DNA of 64,000 nucleotides from Candidatus Levyibacteriota bacterium (GTDB lineage: Bacteria > Patescibacteriota > Microgenomatia > Levybacterales > UBA12049): assembly GCA_016199085.1 (NCBI GenBank), contig JACQHJ010000009.1:41667-105666 (forward strand). Direction: 5' to 3'. The translations under genes were made by a program, and so were the position numbers. The notes under the pieces are model-generated. The model saw only the letters and a program-made list of their open reading frames with translations, searched no databases and had not been told where the DNA came from. Below, piece after piece: positions 25,640-35,493 of this stretch (the first letter of the stretch is position 1; each line of letters opens with the position of its first letter).

Positions 25640-26533
25640 TCAGAACCTTTTTAATACGCTTTTAGGATTGTCCGGATTGTCAAGATATCGTATATAAAGA
25701 ACTAACTCATCTAATATTCCCCATTTCTGCTTCTTTCTCTTTTCTACAAAACTGTCTCTGTCTATTTCTTCATTTTCTTTTTGTATCTTCGGGTAGATAA
25801 AAGGAACCTTGACTACTTTAACTTTTAAACCTAAACGTAAAGCTTTTACTATTGCAAACATTTGCGAATTTGAAAAATCATCGGGTGAGACATATTTTCC
25901 TACCCCACTAGCATATGGTGTCTTTAATCTTAATTCATATCTTTCTAAAAACAACTTTATTATCTCTGGATCGTTTTTACAAACAGTGGGGCCAAAAAAA
26001 ATGTCCAGCTCCTCTTCTTGGGGTAAAAGCTCAAATTCATGTAAAATATCGTTATATTTTTTGTTTGCGTCCATTTCTGACTCATACATATAATCTGGGT
26101 AGCTGGAAGAAAAAAGATCCCGCTGTCTTTTAGGAACAATTATGTCCGCCTCACCCCTAAGAATTGGTTCAACTAACTGGGGGGTACAATCATCAACTAA
26201 TGAGACTTTTTCTGGTTCTGTTCTTACTATAACTTTGGCTTGGGGAATCTGTGAAGAATATTCAATAAGCTGTCTTCTGGCAGCTGCCCTACTTTTTCCA
26301 CTTCTTTCCAAAACAATTATTCCGCGTTTAGCCAACTCCTCTTTAAATTCGCTAGAGCTTTCTCCATCATTTATTACAACTGCGTAGCCATGTTTTATTG
26401 CCGCATCTATGCTTTGGATGGCTAAATCTCCTCTTACTTTATCAGTATTAGATAAATCCAAAGACTCTCCCTTATACCAATTGGGATATTTTGTTGTAGC
26501 AGCGATAACAATTGATCTTGGGTCAAGCTTCAT
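25640..26533 (-). CDS. Hypothetical protein, possibly GT-A-like (function unknown)
   Basis: Long ORF 25640..26587 (315 aa); internal Met at 26533 (MKLDPRSIVIAATTKYPNWY...) avoids a 65-nt overlap with the upstream gene; no diagnostic motif; VVINDGESSS is only loosely DXD/DGS-like. Confidence 0.35.
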   Translation of the reverse strand: MKLDPRSIVIAATTKYPNWYKGESLDLSNTDKVRGDLAIQSIDAAIKHGYAVVINDGESSSEFKEELAKRGIIVLERSGKSRAAARRQLIEYSSQIPQAKVIVRTEPEKVSLVDDCTPQLVEPILRGEADIIVPKRQRDLFSSSYPDYMYESEMDANKKYNDILHEFELLPQEEELDIFFGPTVCKNDPEIIKLFLERYELRLKTPYASGVGKYVSPDDFSNSQMFAIVKALRLGLKVKVVKVPFIYPKIQKENEEIDRDSFVEKRKKQKWGILDELVLYIRYLDNPDNPKSVLKRF

Positions 26534-26771
26534 TTCTTTTATTGGAGTTACTTTTGGCACTTTTATACTTAGCCAAATTAAAAACAATACTTAGAAAAAT
26601 AAAGGCAACCGCATAATAAACTAGGTGTTGTGCCGTAAAGAAAATCTGAAGATAAAATAAAGGAATTGATAACACCAGTGCTCCTAATCCAAAGATTAAG
26701 CTTAGCTTGCTATTTCTTTTATAAATTAAAAAAGTAAGTACTAATAAAAACAAAACGTCCTGTATCTTCAC
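26523..26771 (-). CDS. Small membrane protein (2-3 TM) downstream of the GtrB-like GT2
   Basis: 82 aa, predicted TM helices; overlaps the stop of the GT2 gene by 4 nt (translational coupling). Confidence 0.4.
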   Translation of the reverse strand: MKIQDVLFLLVLTFLIYKRNSKLSLIFGLGALVLSIPLFYLQIFFTAQHLVYYAVAFIFLSIVFNLAKYKSAKSNSNKRNEA

Positions 26772-27703
26772 TCTGATTTATATTTTATTATTTCATCTAG
26801 TGTTTTAGAAGTCTTGTTTCTCTCCGAAATACTAATTATTAAATCGGCGGTAAAACCAGCAAAAAGAACTTGAAAACCGGCTAGCATCAAAAGCATGCCA
26901 AAGATTAAAAGTGGTCTTGATCCGATAGATTCCCCCATGAAATGAATAATTGTTAAATATAAAAGAATGAAAAAGCCGATTATACTTATCAAACCCCCAA
27001 CCAAACCAAAGAAATGAAGAGGTCTTTTGGCATATTTTGTCAAAAAAAGTATTGTAAACATGTCCGGGACGTCTTTAAATACCTTTGAGAAACCATACTT
27101 TGATTTTCCAAACAATCTTTTCTCATGGACAATCGGGATTTCTGTTACTTCAAATCCCTTTTCAGAGACCAAAAGAGGAATAAACCTGTGCATTCCCCCG
27201 TATAAATTAAGATCTTTTATGGCATCTTTTTTATAGAGTTTTAATCCGCAGTTATAATCATGCAGATGAACTCCCCAAAAGGCTGACATTAGAAAATTAA
27301 ATATCTTTGAAGGAAGTTTCATATAGATTGCATCTTTTCTGTTTTTCCTCCAGCCAGAAACCAGATCAAAGCCTTCTTTTGATTTATTTAGTAAATTTTG
27401 TATTTCTTCCGGTCTATCTTGTAAATCAGCATCCAGAGTCACTACATAGTCACCGTTTGCTGCCTTGAATCCATAGGTTAAAGCTTCTGCCTTTCCCTGG
27501 TTTCTTCTAAAAGAATAAATTTTAATAGTATTGTCTTTTGCAGCTAGTTTTTTGATGATTTCCAAGGAAGAATCAGTAGAACCATCATCTACAAAGATTA
27601 TTTCATGGTTTTTGTCAATTTTGGAAAGAGCTTCTTTAAGCCGAGGATAAAATTTATCTAAACTCTCCTCTTCGTTATATACGGGTATTAAAGCGGTAAT
27701 CAT
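26768..27703 (-). CDS. Polyprenyl-phosphate glycosyltransferase, GT2 (GtrB/ArnC/dolichol-P-mannose synthase-like) with C-terminal TM helices
   Basis: 311 aa; LIPVYNEEESL...IIFVDDGSTDSS...TLDADLQDRPEEI (GT2 DXD/DAD motifs) and two C-terminal hydrophobic helices (HFFGLVGGLISIIGFFILLYLTII...). Confidence 0.8.
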   Translation of the reverse strand: MITALIPVYNEEESLDKFYPRLKEALSKIDKNHEIIFVDDGSTDSSLEIIKKLAAKDNTIKIYSFRRNQGKAEALTYGFKAANGDYVVTLDADLQDRPEEIQNLLNKSKEGFDLVSGWRKNRKDAIYMKLPSKIFNFLMSAFWGVHLHDYNCGLKLYKKDAIKDLNLYGGMHRFIPLLVSEKGFEVTEIPIVHEKRLFGKSKYGFSKVFKDVPDMFTILFLTKYAKRPLHFFGLVGGLISIIGFFILLYLTIIHFMGESIGSRPLLIFGMLLMLAGFQVLFAGFTADLIISISERNKTSKTLDEIIKYKSE

Positions 27704-27715
27704 GATAACATTCTA

Positions 27716-29731
27716 TCATTTTTTAACCCTTGATCCAATCAATAAGTATAAAAGTATTAGGATTAATGTTATTGATCCCAACATTACCCCAACCATTACA
27801 TAGATTTGAGGACCATAATACAAATCAATAGTATAATTACCTTCTTTCTGCAGAATAAAACTATTAAAGACTTTATCGTAAGGCTCTGAAGGCAGAATAG
27901 TCTTTGAATTGCCAGGTTCTTTAAGTATCCAATTCTTATCGTATTTTTCAGAAAAAACAAGTCTGTCATTGATTTTTACATTTTCCAAGTAAAGTTTGTA
28001 GCTAACAGGGCTTATTCTTTCATATTTGACTAAAGACTTCCCTGAGGTCGTCCAGAAATGATCTTTATAGTTTTCTATTTCAAAGACATAAATCTTCCCA
28101 ATCTGTTTTACGTTTTTTAGCCAAGAGACAGACTTTAGCTGCTTAAGCGTAAATAGATAAAGATCATTGTTATATTTCCTGTCTTTTAAAAATATTTCTC
28201 CCTGGCTATCGTATGGAATGATTACATATTTTACAGACGAGTTGATTAAGATTCTCTGCGTTTCCTCTTGCTTAAATTTTTCAACTAATAATTTATTATC
28301 AACCTCTTTTAAGAATTCTCTTGCGGGTAGCGCTGGGTGTAAATTACTGAAGGGGGCAAATCTTTGTGCCATGGGAAACCATAATACTCTATAAAAGTTT
28401 TCGTCTAAAGAAAGATATTTTTCAAGCTGCGTGTAGTCACTGGGAATAGTTGTTGATTTAAAAGCTCCAGACAACTTACCAAATATTGCTGGGTCTATCA
28501 AAAACAATAAATAAACTAAAACTGCCAGTAAAAATATATTTTTGGATGAGAAATTAAATAATGAGGGTCTTTTAAACTTACTCAAATACTCATATATCTT
28601 TCCGATTGAAAAAGGAATTAAGATGCTATATGAAATTGCGATCAAAAGATACCACTTTGTTGGATCCCTAAACATAATAAAGCCGGGAATATGATCAAAT
28701 AGCCAAATATATATAAAACCAAAAGGATCGTTAGCTCCCTTTGCCAAAAATGCTCCTAAAAGTCCTAAAATCGCAAAAAACAATATATTTTTTTTAATTC
28801 TTTCCTCTTCGTTCTTAATAAAAAATAAACTCGAGTAAGCAAGGATTGGAACAATCAAAAACTCAGGTCTCATAAACGAAACTTTACCAAAAAGGTTCTC
28901 AGGCCAATTTGGATGAAGAAGGGAAATGGTGTTTTCAAACGTTGCAAAACTAAAAAATTTCACAGCACCAAAAGATGTATATATTTGTCCTAAGTCGTAT
29001 AAAGGATTTACGCGTAGGATTAGAGTTGGAATTATCCAGTATGAATTTAGAAGAAAAGCTATAAAAAAAGGAATACCTAGGGAGTAAACTATTCTAAATA
29101 GGAATTTTTTAGAAAAATCAATATTAAATAGAAGATAAAACAGAAAAACAAAAACAGTAACATAGGCAATCCTTAGATCAAGCATCACCTGTAACGATAA
29201 AACCAGTCCTATCAAAAAAGAGAATAATAATTTTTTCTGATTAAACGAAACTAAAAACAAATAAAATACTAAAGGAGCGATTGCATAGGCAAGAGAGATA
29301 AAGATTTGGCCTCCGCCAATAAGCATCAATACATAAGTATTTAAAGAGAATATTAGGGTTGAGATAAAAGCAAATTTTGATGAAGGAAAAAACTTTTTAA
29401 AAAATAAAATTGGTATAACTATTAAAGCTAATAAAAGCGGGTAAAAATAAAATACTCTCTCAGCAAGCAACCAGTTTAATGAGAAAAATCTTGCAAACAA
29501 TAAGGGAATAGCCTCAATGAAATGAAGCCAGGAAAAAGGCGATACAAAAGCTCCCAAACCTCCTACCGCAAGATTCCATCCCCATGCATAAGGCATTAAT
29601 GAAATGTCTTGTAATCTAGACGTTGATATAAAAGAAAAGTCACCTGAAGAGATTACATGGGGGTAAAACCAATTCTTAAAAACTACAATAAAGAGTAATA
29701 AAATAAAATAAAAGTTTTTTTTAAAAAACAT
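27716..29731 (-). CDS. Large polytopic membrane protein, probable GT-C glycosyltransferase (YfhO/ArnT-like) with C-terminal soluble domain
   Basis: 671 aa; about 14 predicted TM helices in the first 470 residues then a hydrophilic 200-aa tail ending in a TM; no catalytic motif identified. Confidence 0.45.
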   Translation of the reverse strand: MFFKKNFYFILLLFIVVFKNWFYPHVISSGDFSFISTSRLQDISLMPYAWGWNLAVGGLGAFVSPFSWLHFIEAIPLLFARFFSLNWLLAERVFYFYPLLLALIVIPILFFKKFFPSSKFAFISTLIFSLNTYVLMLIGGGQIFISLAYAIAPLVFYLFLVSFNQKKLLFSFLIGLVLSLQVMLDLRIAYVTVFVFLFYLLFNIDFSKKFLFRIVYSLGIPFFIAFLLNSYWIIPTLILRVNPLYDLGQIYTSFGAVKFFSFATFENTISLLHPNWPENLFGKVSFMRPEFLIVPILAYSSLFFIKNEEERIKKNILFFAILGLLGAFLAKGANDPFGFIYIWLFDHIPGFIMFRDPTKWYLLIAISYSILIPFSIGKIYEYLSKFKRPSLFNFSSKNIFLLAVLVYLLFLIDPAIFGKLSGAFKSTTIPSDYTQLEKYLSLDENFYRVLWFPMAQRFAPFSNLHPALPAREFLKEVDNKLLVEKFKQEETQRILINSSVKYVIIPYDSQGEIFLKDRKYNNDLYLFTLKQLKSVSWLKNVKQIGKIYVFEIENYKDHFWTTSGKSLVKYERISPVSYKLYLENVKINDRLVFSEKYDKNWILKEPGNSKTILPSEPYDKVFNSFILQKEGNYTIDLYYGPQIYVMVGVMLGSITLILILLYLLIGSRVKK

Positions 29732-30080
29732 CTTTAAAATACCTTTCTTTTATTATCAAATAAAAATACTTAAGAATAGAAAGAACTATAAACCCATAAA
29801 CGAATGAGAAATAATGATTTGCTTCAGTTGTTAATCCAAAAATATAAACAATAAGACTTATTGAAAAGAAAATCATAGCAATAGTCTCAAATGATATTTT
29901 TAAAAAAATAAGAAGAATACAAAAGCCGTAAATAACAAAATAATTAAGACCGAGGATTTGCCTCAAAATAAAATAATACAGAATAAAAAAAGGCCAATAT
30001 AGAAAAAACTTTTGGGAATTATAGCTATGAAAACTTCCTTTACTCTTATGCCATATTTTTTTTAAATGACGGTTGTCCAT
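29721..30080 (-). CDS. Small 4-TM membrane protein (GtrA-like flippase candidate)
   Basis: 119 aa, four hydrophobic segments; lies between two giant membrane proteins and 2 kb from the GtrB-like GT2. Confidence 0.3.
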   Translation of the reverse strand: MDNRHLKKIWHKSKGSFHSYNSQKFFLYWPFFILYYFILRQILGLNYFVIYGFCILLIFLKISFETIAMIFFSISLIVYIFGLTTEANHYFSFVYGFIVLSILKYFYLIIKERYFKDVF

Positions 30081-30084
30081 ATGT

Positions 30085-33000
30085 CTACCTATTCCTATAT
30101 CTTAAGAAAAAGAATAAAGCGATTGCAAATAAAATTATTGTAACAAATAAATTTTTAACTATTAGACTTTGTCGACTAAATACTACATTTATCTCCGTGC
30201 TTTCATGCTTATCAATAAACCAGGCATTGGCATATCCGTTTTTAAAATGCGGGAAGACTATTTTTTTACCATTAATATATTCAAACGCCTCCCAATCAGA
30301 TCCGTAGGACTGATTAAAGACCAAGAATTTTCCCAAATTACTTCCCTTAGGAACTGTTATTTTGTATTTTACTGGACTTTCCTTGACTACATTTATATTA
30401 GCCGTTGAAATAATGTTGGAGGATTCTGTTGTGCAGAAAAGCTGAATATCCCCACCCTCTACAATTCTTTCAACAAAAAGATCTTTATATTCTAACTCAT
30501 CCTCCTGGTCTGATTGGGGATTTAAAGAGAAAAGGTAGAGATAATATTTTTTCTTATCTAAGGACGATATCGAAAAATCTTTTTCATAGCTTTTATCGCT
30601 GATAAAAGATCCCGTATCAATGAAAATAAAATCATTCTGAGGTATATCAGACGAGCCAATAAATTCCAGGGTTTTAAAATCAAGTTTATTTTTTGTGACC
30701 GCTACCGCGATTTTTTGTTTAGAAACTAAACCTGGGGAGAATGTAATTTTATAAAGACCATTAGGTATGTTTCCTAAGTCAATTTCTTTAACTTCCCCGG
30801 ATTTCTGTCTTAATGAAGGGATATTAAGAATACTATTTGTAGAATACTCTACAGAAACAGGATAATTTCCCTTAGATAGTAACGCTGAAATCGTAGAATT
30901 ATTATCTTTTTTAAGATTACCTAATGTAATACTTTCAATTTTTAAGCCATTATTATAATTGTCAGCTGTGCAAAGATATTGATCCTTTTTGGGAATATCA
31001 AGTCTCATTCTGTAAATTTTATTTTTATAATCTGTTTCCCAAATTGTTTTGTCTAGCTCCGATAGCTTGGAGTTCTGTAAAGAGAGTAATAAAGAAAGCT
31101 GGCCCCGAATTTGATCGTTTCTAATAACTGTACCAAAATTTAAATAATCCGAAAGCTTTTGATTTTGTGCTCCAAGAAAATTTTTTATCTCCGTACTTTT
31201 ATTGCTTAGGTCAAAAAAGTTAGCCTTATATTTCTTAAAAAGTGAATCTATGTTTTCCATTTTTTTGATGTATGAAGAGATATAATTTTTAGATTTTAGC
31301 GCATCTTTTTCTTCTAAGGCTTCCATCATTTTGGAAAATTCTTTAGTTGAATCAATGATTGCATAGCTTATTTTTTGATCTAAGGAAAGATCGTCTGTCA
31401 AGTTTTTCCCAATTAACTGCTTTACTAAATCCTTAAGTTTTCTTAGTAAGGATTCATCGGGAGGTTTTATGACAGATGAGAAAATTTTTACGCAACCGAC
31501 ACAATTTGCAACCGGGGCATATAGGTTTACAAATGAGCTATATTTCTTAAAATCCTCATTTCTATTTATAACTAGATAATCTTCTTTATCACCTAATTGC
31601 TTTGACAGCGATACGTAATCACGGCCTGAGTTTAAGGATGAATTCGTATAAACGACTGATGTCGGAATGGAGAATCCGTAATTGTAATTATTATCTTGGC
31701 TTTCAACTGAGTAGAGCTCAAAAAAATCATTCTCAAATGTTTTTTTGAAGTCATGATCTTTGTTTAAGAACCCTATTGCCATCTGTGGGGTCGCATTGCT
31801 TAAATATATATAGTTTGTGTAATAATAAGGAATATTATCTTTTCTTATGAGAACAAGGCCTATTTGATTTTGCAAAAGAAAATTTTTAAATCCCCCGAAA
31901 TCTCCCTTTTCAAGCAACATATATGGAGAAAAATTGAAGGAATCTGGACCATTATTAAGAAGCTGGGTGGAAAGAAAATTGCAAGAGACAAAACGGGTCA
32001 AAATGTCCTGTCCGACATATGACATGTCGTATTTTGGCCAAACTGCGCTGGAAATCATTGAACTTCGAGGAACTACCAATATTGTAGTGCCTGCACATTT
32101 ATCGGACAGGTATGACTTCAACTCATAATACTCGGGAGGAATGTTTGTTTTTGCACTTAGAGTATATTTTTTATCCTGATAGGTAAAATCAATTTTTTTA
32201 ATATTATCGTAGGCGAATAGAAAAAAAGGGCCAGTTACAACGAGACCTGTCACTAAAAGAACAAAGAATGAAATCCTTAAGAGAAGACGTTGTTTTTTTT
32301 CAATTAAGACTTTTGCAAGACATGCAAAGCCAATAGATGATAGGGTGAGGAAAGCAAAAACATAAAACAATCCCGCCTTATGCCATGCATCCCTAAAAGC
32401 TCCAAAAAAAGGTAGGTTTTCAAATGCAAATTTAGTAATCTGCGCAAGAGGAGGATTGCCCAATTTTACAATAAAAAGAGTGACAATAAAAACGCTCAAA
32501 AGAAACATTGGTATAAACTTATTCGCAAGAGTTTTTATCCTCGTTGTTAAATAAATAATTAGAAACAAGAATAGAAAAAGCGGGAAAGGAAATAAAAGAC
32601 TCTTTGTATAGAGAAAGTCCCAACTAAAAGGATTATTGTTCATCATAGGACTTCCAAAAAGACGTAGCGAGTTCAATAAGTTACTCCGAATGCTTCCAAC
32701 ATCAAAATAAACAGTTGTTCCCAAAGAACTTTGACTATCATAAAGATCCTTAAATCCAAGAAGAGAGGGGAAAAACCACCACCATTGGGAAAAAACAACC
32801 ATAAGTAAAAATAAAACAATCTTTAGCGAACGGGAACTAAAAATACTATGTCTTGACAGAAACCAGTGAAAAAAAAGATAAAAAAATAGTAAAAGCAGAT
32901 ATTGCTCAAGAAAAACGTAAGTGGTAAATCCTGGAGACATAAAGAAAAGCGTAGCAAAGAATGTAAATAACCACCTTTTTGGAATATTTTGCGATTCATC

Positions 33001-33540
33001 TTTCTTATCTAAAGGGTACAACTTGAATAATGCTAAAATATTCAAAGGCAGAAGGCTGTAAATATATATTTGGGGATTAAACATAAAGTAAGAATAGTAA
33101 AATGTATAAAGATTAAAGGCATAAAAAATTGCAAAAAGAAAACTTATAATCTTATAAACAGTAGCGTGTTTTTCTATATCCTGGCCTACTACGGTTACCA
33201 ACAAATACTTAGACATCAGATAAAAATTGACTATTGATAAAAAAATAAATGAAAAATAAAGAAGTGCTTGTGTCAATGAGAGACTCCCAAATAGTTTTAA
33301 AAGAATCCCAACAGACAATGAGTATGGAAACCAACTCCATCCATTACCAGAATAACCGGGAAAATTAATAGGATTCCAATTATAAAAAAAGGTTTCAACT
33401 GCAAATTTTATATCAAGAGGTAATAATGTATCCCAATAATAGAGGATTGTTCCATGATTAAACCAACTATATATACTAGTAACTGAGAGTACAAGGGCAA
33501 TAAGAATTACAATAAATCTTTCCGTTCTACTAAACTTCAT
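30085..33540 (-). CDS. Very large polytopic membrane protein (1151 aa), probable GT-C-type glycosyltransferase with 650-aa C-terminal extracytoplasmic region
   Basis: About 14 TM helices in the first 450 aa (…ILYYWDTLLPLDIKFAVETFFYNWNP…), long soluble region, final TM anchor (LFVTIILFAIALFFFL). Confidence 0.45.
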   Translation of the reverse strand: MKFSRTERFIVILIALVLSVTSIYSWFNHGTILYYWDTLLPLDIKFAVETFFYNWNPINFPGYSGNGWSWFPYSLSVGILLKLFGSLSLTQALLYFSFIFLSIVNFYLMSKYLLVTVVGQDIEKHATVYKIISFLFAIFYAFNLYTFYYSYFMFNPQIYIYSLLPLNILALFKLYPLDKKDESQNIPKRWLFTFFATLFFMSPGFTTYVFLEQYLLLLFFYLFFHWFLSRHSIFSSRSLKIVLFLLMVVFSQWWWFFPSLLGFKDLYDSQSSLGTTVYFDVGSIRSNLLNSLRLFGSPMMNNNPFSWDFLYTKSLLFPFPLFLFLFLIIYLTTRIKTLANKFIPMFLLSVFIVTLFIVKLGNPPLAQITKFAFENLPFFGAFRDAWHKAGLFYVFAFLTLSSIGFACLAKVLIEKKQRLLLRISFFVLLVTGLVVTGPFFLFAYDNIKKIDFTYQDKKYTLSAKTNIPPEYYELKSYLSDKCAGTTILVVPRSSMISSAVWPKYDMSYVGQDILTRFVSCNFLSTQLLNNGPDSFNFSPYMLLEKGDFGGFKNFLLQNQIGLVLIRKDNIPYYYTNYIYLSNATPQMAIGFLNKDHDFKKTFENDFFELYSVESQDNNYNYGFSIPTSVVYTNSSLNSGRDYVSLSKQLGDKEDYLVINRNEDFKKYSSFVNLYAPVANCVGCVKIFSSVIKPPDESLLRKLKDLVKQLIGKNLTDDLSLDQKISYAIIDSTKEFSKMMEALEEKDALKSKNYISSYIKKMENIDSLFKKYKANFFDLSNKSTEIKNFLGAQNQKLSDYLNFGTVIRNDQIRGQLSLLLSLQNSKLSELDKTIWETDYKNKIYRMRLDIPKKDQYLCTADNYNNGLKIESITLGNLKKDNNSTISALLSKGNYPVSVEYSTNSILNIPSLRQKSGEVKEIDLGNIPNGLYKITFSPGLVSKQKIAVAVTKNKLDFKTLEFIGSSDIPQNDFIFIDTGSFISDKSYEKDFSISSLDKKKYYLYLFSLNPQSDQEDELEYKDLFVERIVEGGDIQLFCTTESSNIISTANINVVKESPVKYKITVPKGSNLGKFLVFNQSYGSDWEAFEYINGKKIVFPHFKNGYANAWFIDKHESTEINVVFSRQSLIVKNLFVTIILFAIALFFFLRYRNR

Positions 33541-34586
33541 TAAGCATTAAGTAAGCTATTAAGATAAGAAATTCTTTTGTGCATCTTAGCATAATTGGGA
33601 ATATTTGTATTTGCGATCATTCTAAAGAATATATGTTTTCTTATAAAAGCAAGTATTAATTTTGGCGCAAGCAATGAAAAGAAAAACCAAAACCAGTATT
33701 CAAATGAAAATCTTAATTTTGGCGAAATCTCTAGGACTCTTTTAGAAAAAATTTTAAGATTAGAATTATTTGTATAATATTTTGCTGCAGGAAATTCTCT
33801 TATAATTATTTTTAGCCTCTTATTTAAAAACTGTTCATATTCATTTCCTCCTAGTAGTCGGCTGACTTCTGTAAAATATTTTTCAAATCTAAACTGTCCA
33901 TTACTTAGTTGATATCTTGGATGAGAAGCGTTTTGCGACCAGGATGCTGCAAGGAATTGTTGTTGAACAAAATATCCCCCAAACTGATAGATGTTATAAA
34001 AAATAATCTTAAACCAGGCTACGAATTCCGAATTCATTAGGTCAATTTTTTTAGGATAGTTATTTTTAAATACTATTCCCGTAATAAAGAAAGGGTCAAT
34101 TTTTTCAATAAAGTCTACAATAATCTTTTTATTTTCTTTGGGTTTGATTTTAAAATCTCTTTGAATATCCTTATGAAAATCAAATATTAAATCTTTCTCT
34201 TGTAAAACACTTAAATAGTTCATCCTGACGAAGCCATAACTCTCTTTTTTGATAAGAGCGTAAAGACGGCTTAACGTTTGGGGAAAAATAATGAAGTCAT
34301 CATCACCATGTAGCAATATATAGGTACCGCTTGCCGCATTGATAGCTTTTCGCAAATTCGGAATCCACCCAATGTTTTTTACATTCTTTGAGTATTTAAT
34401 TCTTGGATCTTTAAATTTCCTTACAATATCCTCTGTCCCGTCATTAGAATTATTGTCAGAAATTATTATCTCAAAATCAGAAAAATCCTGCATTAATATA
34501 CATTGAATAGCAAGTTTTAAATTATTTGCTCTTTTGTATGTAGGAATTAATATAGAAAAAAAAGGATTTTTAATCATTTTTAACAT
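33540..34586 (-). CDS. Glycosyltransferase family 2
   Basis: 348 aa; FSILIPTYKRANNL...IIISDNNSNDGTEDIV...LLHGDDDFII (GT2 D/DXD motifs). Confidence 0.75.
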   Translation of the reverse strand: MLKMIKNPFFSILIPTYKRANNLKLAIQCILMQDFSDFEIIISDNNSNDGTEDIVRKFKDPRIKYSKNVKNIGWIPNLRKAINAASGTYILLHGDDDFIIFPQTLSRLYALIKKESYGFVRMNYLSVLQEKDLIFDFHKDIQRDFKIKPKENKKIIVDFIEKIDPFFITGIVFKNNYPKKIDLMNSEFVAWFKIIFYNIYQFGGYFVQQQFLAASWSQNASHPRYQLSNGQFRFEKYFTEVSRLLGGNEYEQFLNKRLKIIIREFPAAKYYTNNSNLKIFSKRVLEISPKLRFSFEYWFWFFFSLLAPKLILAFIRKHIFFRMIANTNIPNYAKMHKRISYLNSLLNA

Positions 34587-35493
34587 AACGAAGGATAGTG
34601 TTTACAACTGAATCAATGGAAAGATTGTTTGCCTCTCTCATAAATTCCTGATTCCCTATAACTTTGGTAAACCTATCCTGTACGCCTAATCTTTTAAATT
34701 TAATACTGAAACTATTTTCTGCTAATACTTCAGATACTGCACTTCCCAATCCGCCGATTATTGAATGTTCTTCTAATGAAAATATAGCTCTTGTTTTTTT
34801 TGCACTATCTATAACAATATTGGAATCAAATGGCTTTATCGTATGCATACTCACTACTCGAACGCTGAATCCTTTTTTAGCAAGTATTTTTGAAACCTCG
34901 AAAGCTCTATATAACATAGTGCTCGTAGCAATTATTGTTAAATCTTTACCATCCGTAATTATTGCTCCTTTTCCCACCTCAAGCTTTGACTTTGTATTAT
35001 GAATAACTGGCTCCCCTGCTTTTCCTAGTCGTATATAAACTGGGCCTTTTATTTTTAGCGCTTGCCTTGTTACAAATTCTACCTCTTTCGGATCACCCGG
35101 GCAAAAAATTGTTAGATTAGCAAGAGTTCTTAAAACTCCTATATCTTCCAATCCGTGGTGCGTATGGCCGTAAGGTCCGTAAGAAAATCCTGCTCCTACC
35201 CCAACGATTTTGACATTTAAATTCTGGTAGCAAATATCATTTCTTATTTGCTCAAAATTTCGCATTGTTACAAAAGGGACAATTGAGTAAATAAAAGGAG
35301 TTTTTCCTTCCGTGGCAAGACCAGCTGCCAAACCTGTCATATTCTGCTCGGCAACTCCAGCATTAAGATATTGTCTGGGAAATTTCTCAATATATTTTTC
35401 AAATACAGAAAATCCTAAATCCCCCGTAATAAGCATTATGTCTTTATTATTTTGTGCTAGTTGATAAAGGGTATTTAAGAATGTTGTTCTCAC
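34570..35493 (-). CDS. Transketolase, C-terminal (pyrimidine-binding / Tkt-C) subunit
   Basis: 307 aa; ...NAGVAEQNMTGLAAGLATEGKTPFIYSIVPFV...GPYGHTHHGLEDIGVLRTLANLTIFCPGD typical of split transketolase B subunit. Confidence 0.8.
   Translation of the reverse strand: MRTTFLNTLYQLAQNNKDIMLITGDLGFSVFEKYIEKFPRQYLNAGVAEQNMTGLAAGLATEGKTPFIYSIVPFVTMRNFEQIRNDICYQNLNVKIVGVGAGFSYGPYGHTHHGLEDIGVLRTLANLTIFCPGDPKEVEFVTRQALKIKGPVYIRLGKAGEPVIHNTKSKLEVGKGAIITDGKDLTIIATSTMLYRAFEVSKILAKKGFSVRVVSMHTIKPFDSNIVIDSAKKTRAIFSLEEHSIIGGLGSAVSEVLAENSFSIKFKRLGVQDRFTKVIGNQEFMREANNLSIDSVVNTILRYVKND

Noticed and set aside
29721-30080. Calling the 119-aa 4-TM protein GtrA outright
   Set aside because: Its first about 30 residues are hydrophilic and the N-terminus does not resemble the GtrA start. 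Only size, TM count and context fit, so it is kept as a low-confidence candidate.
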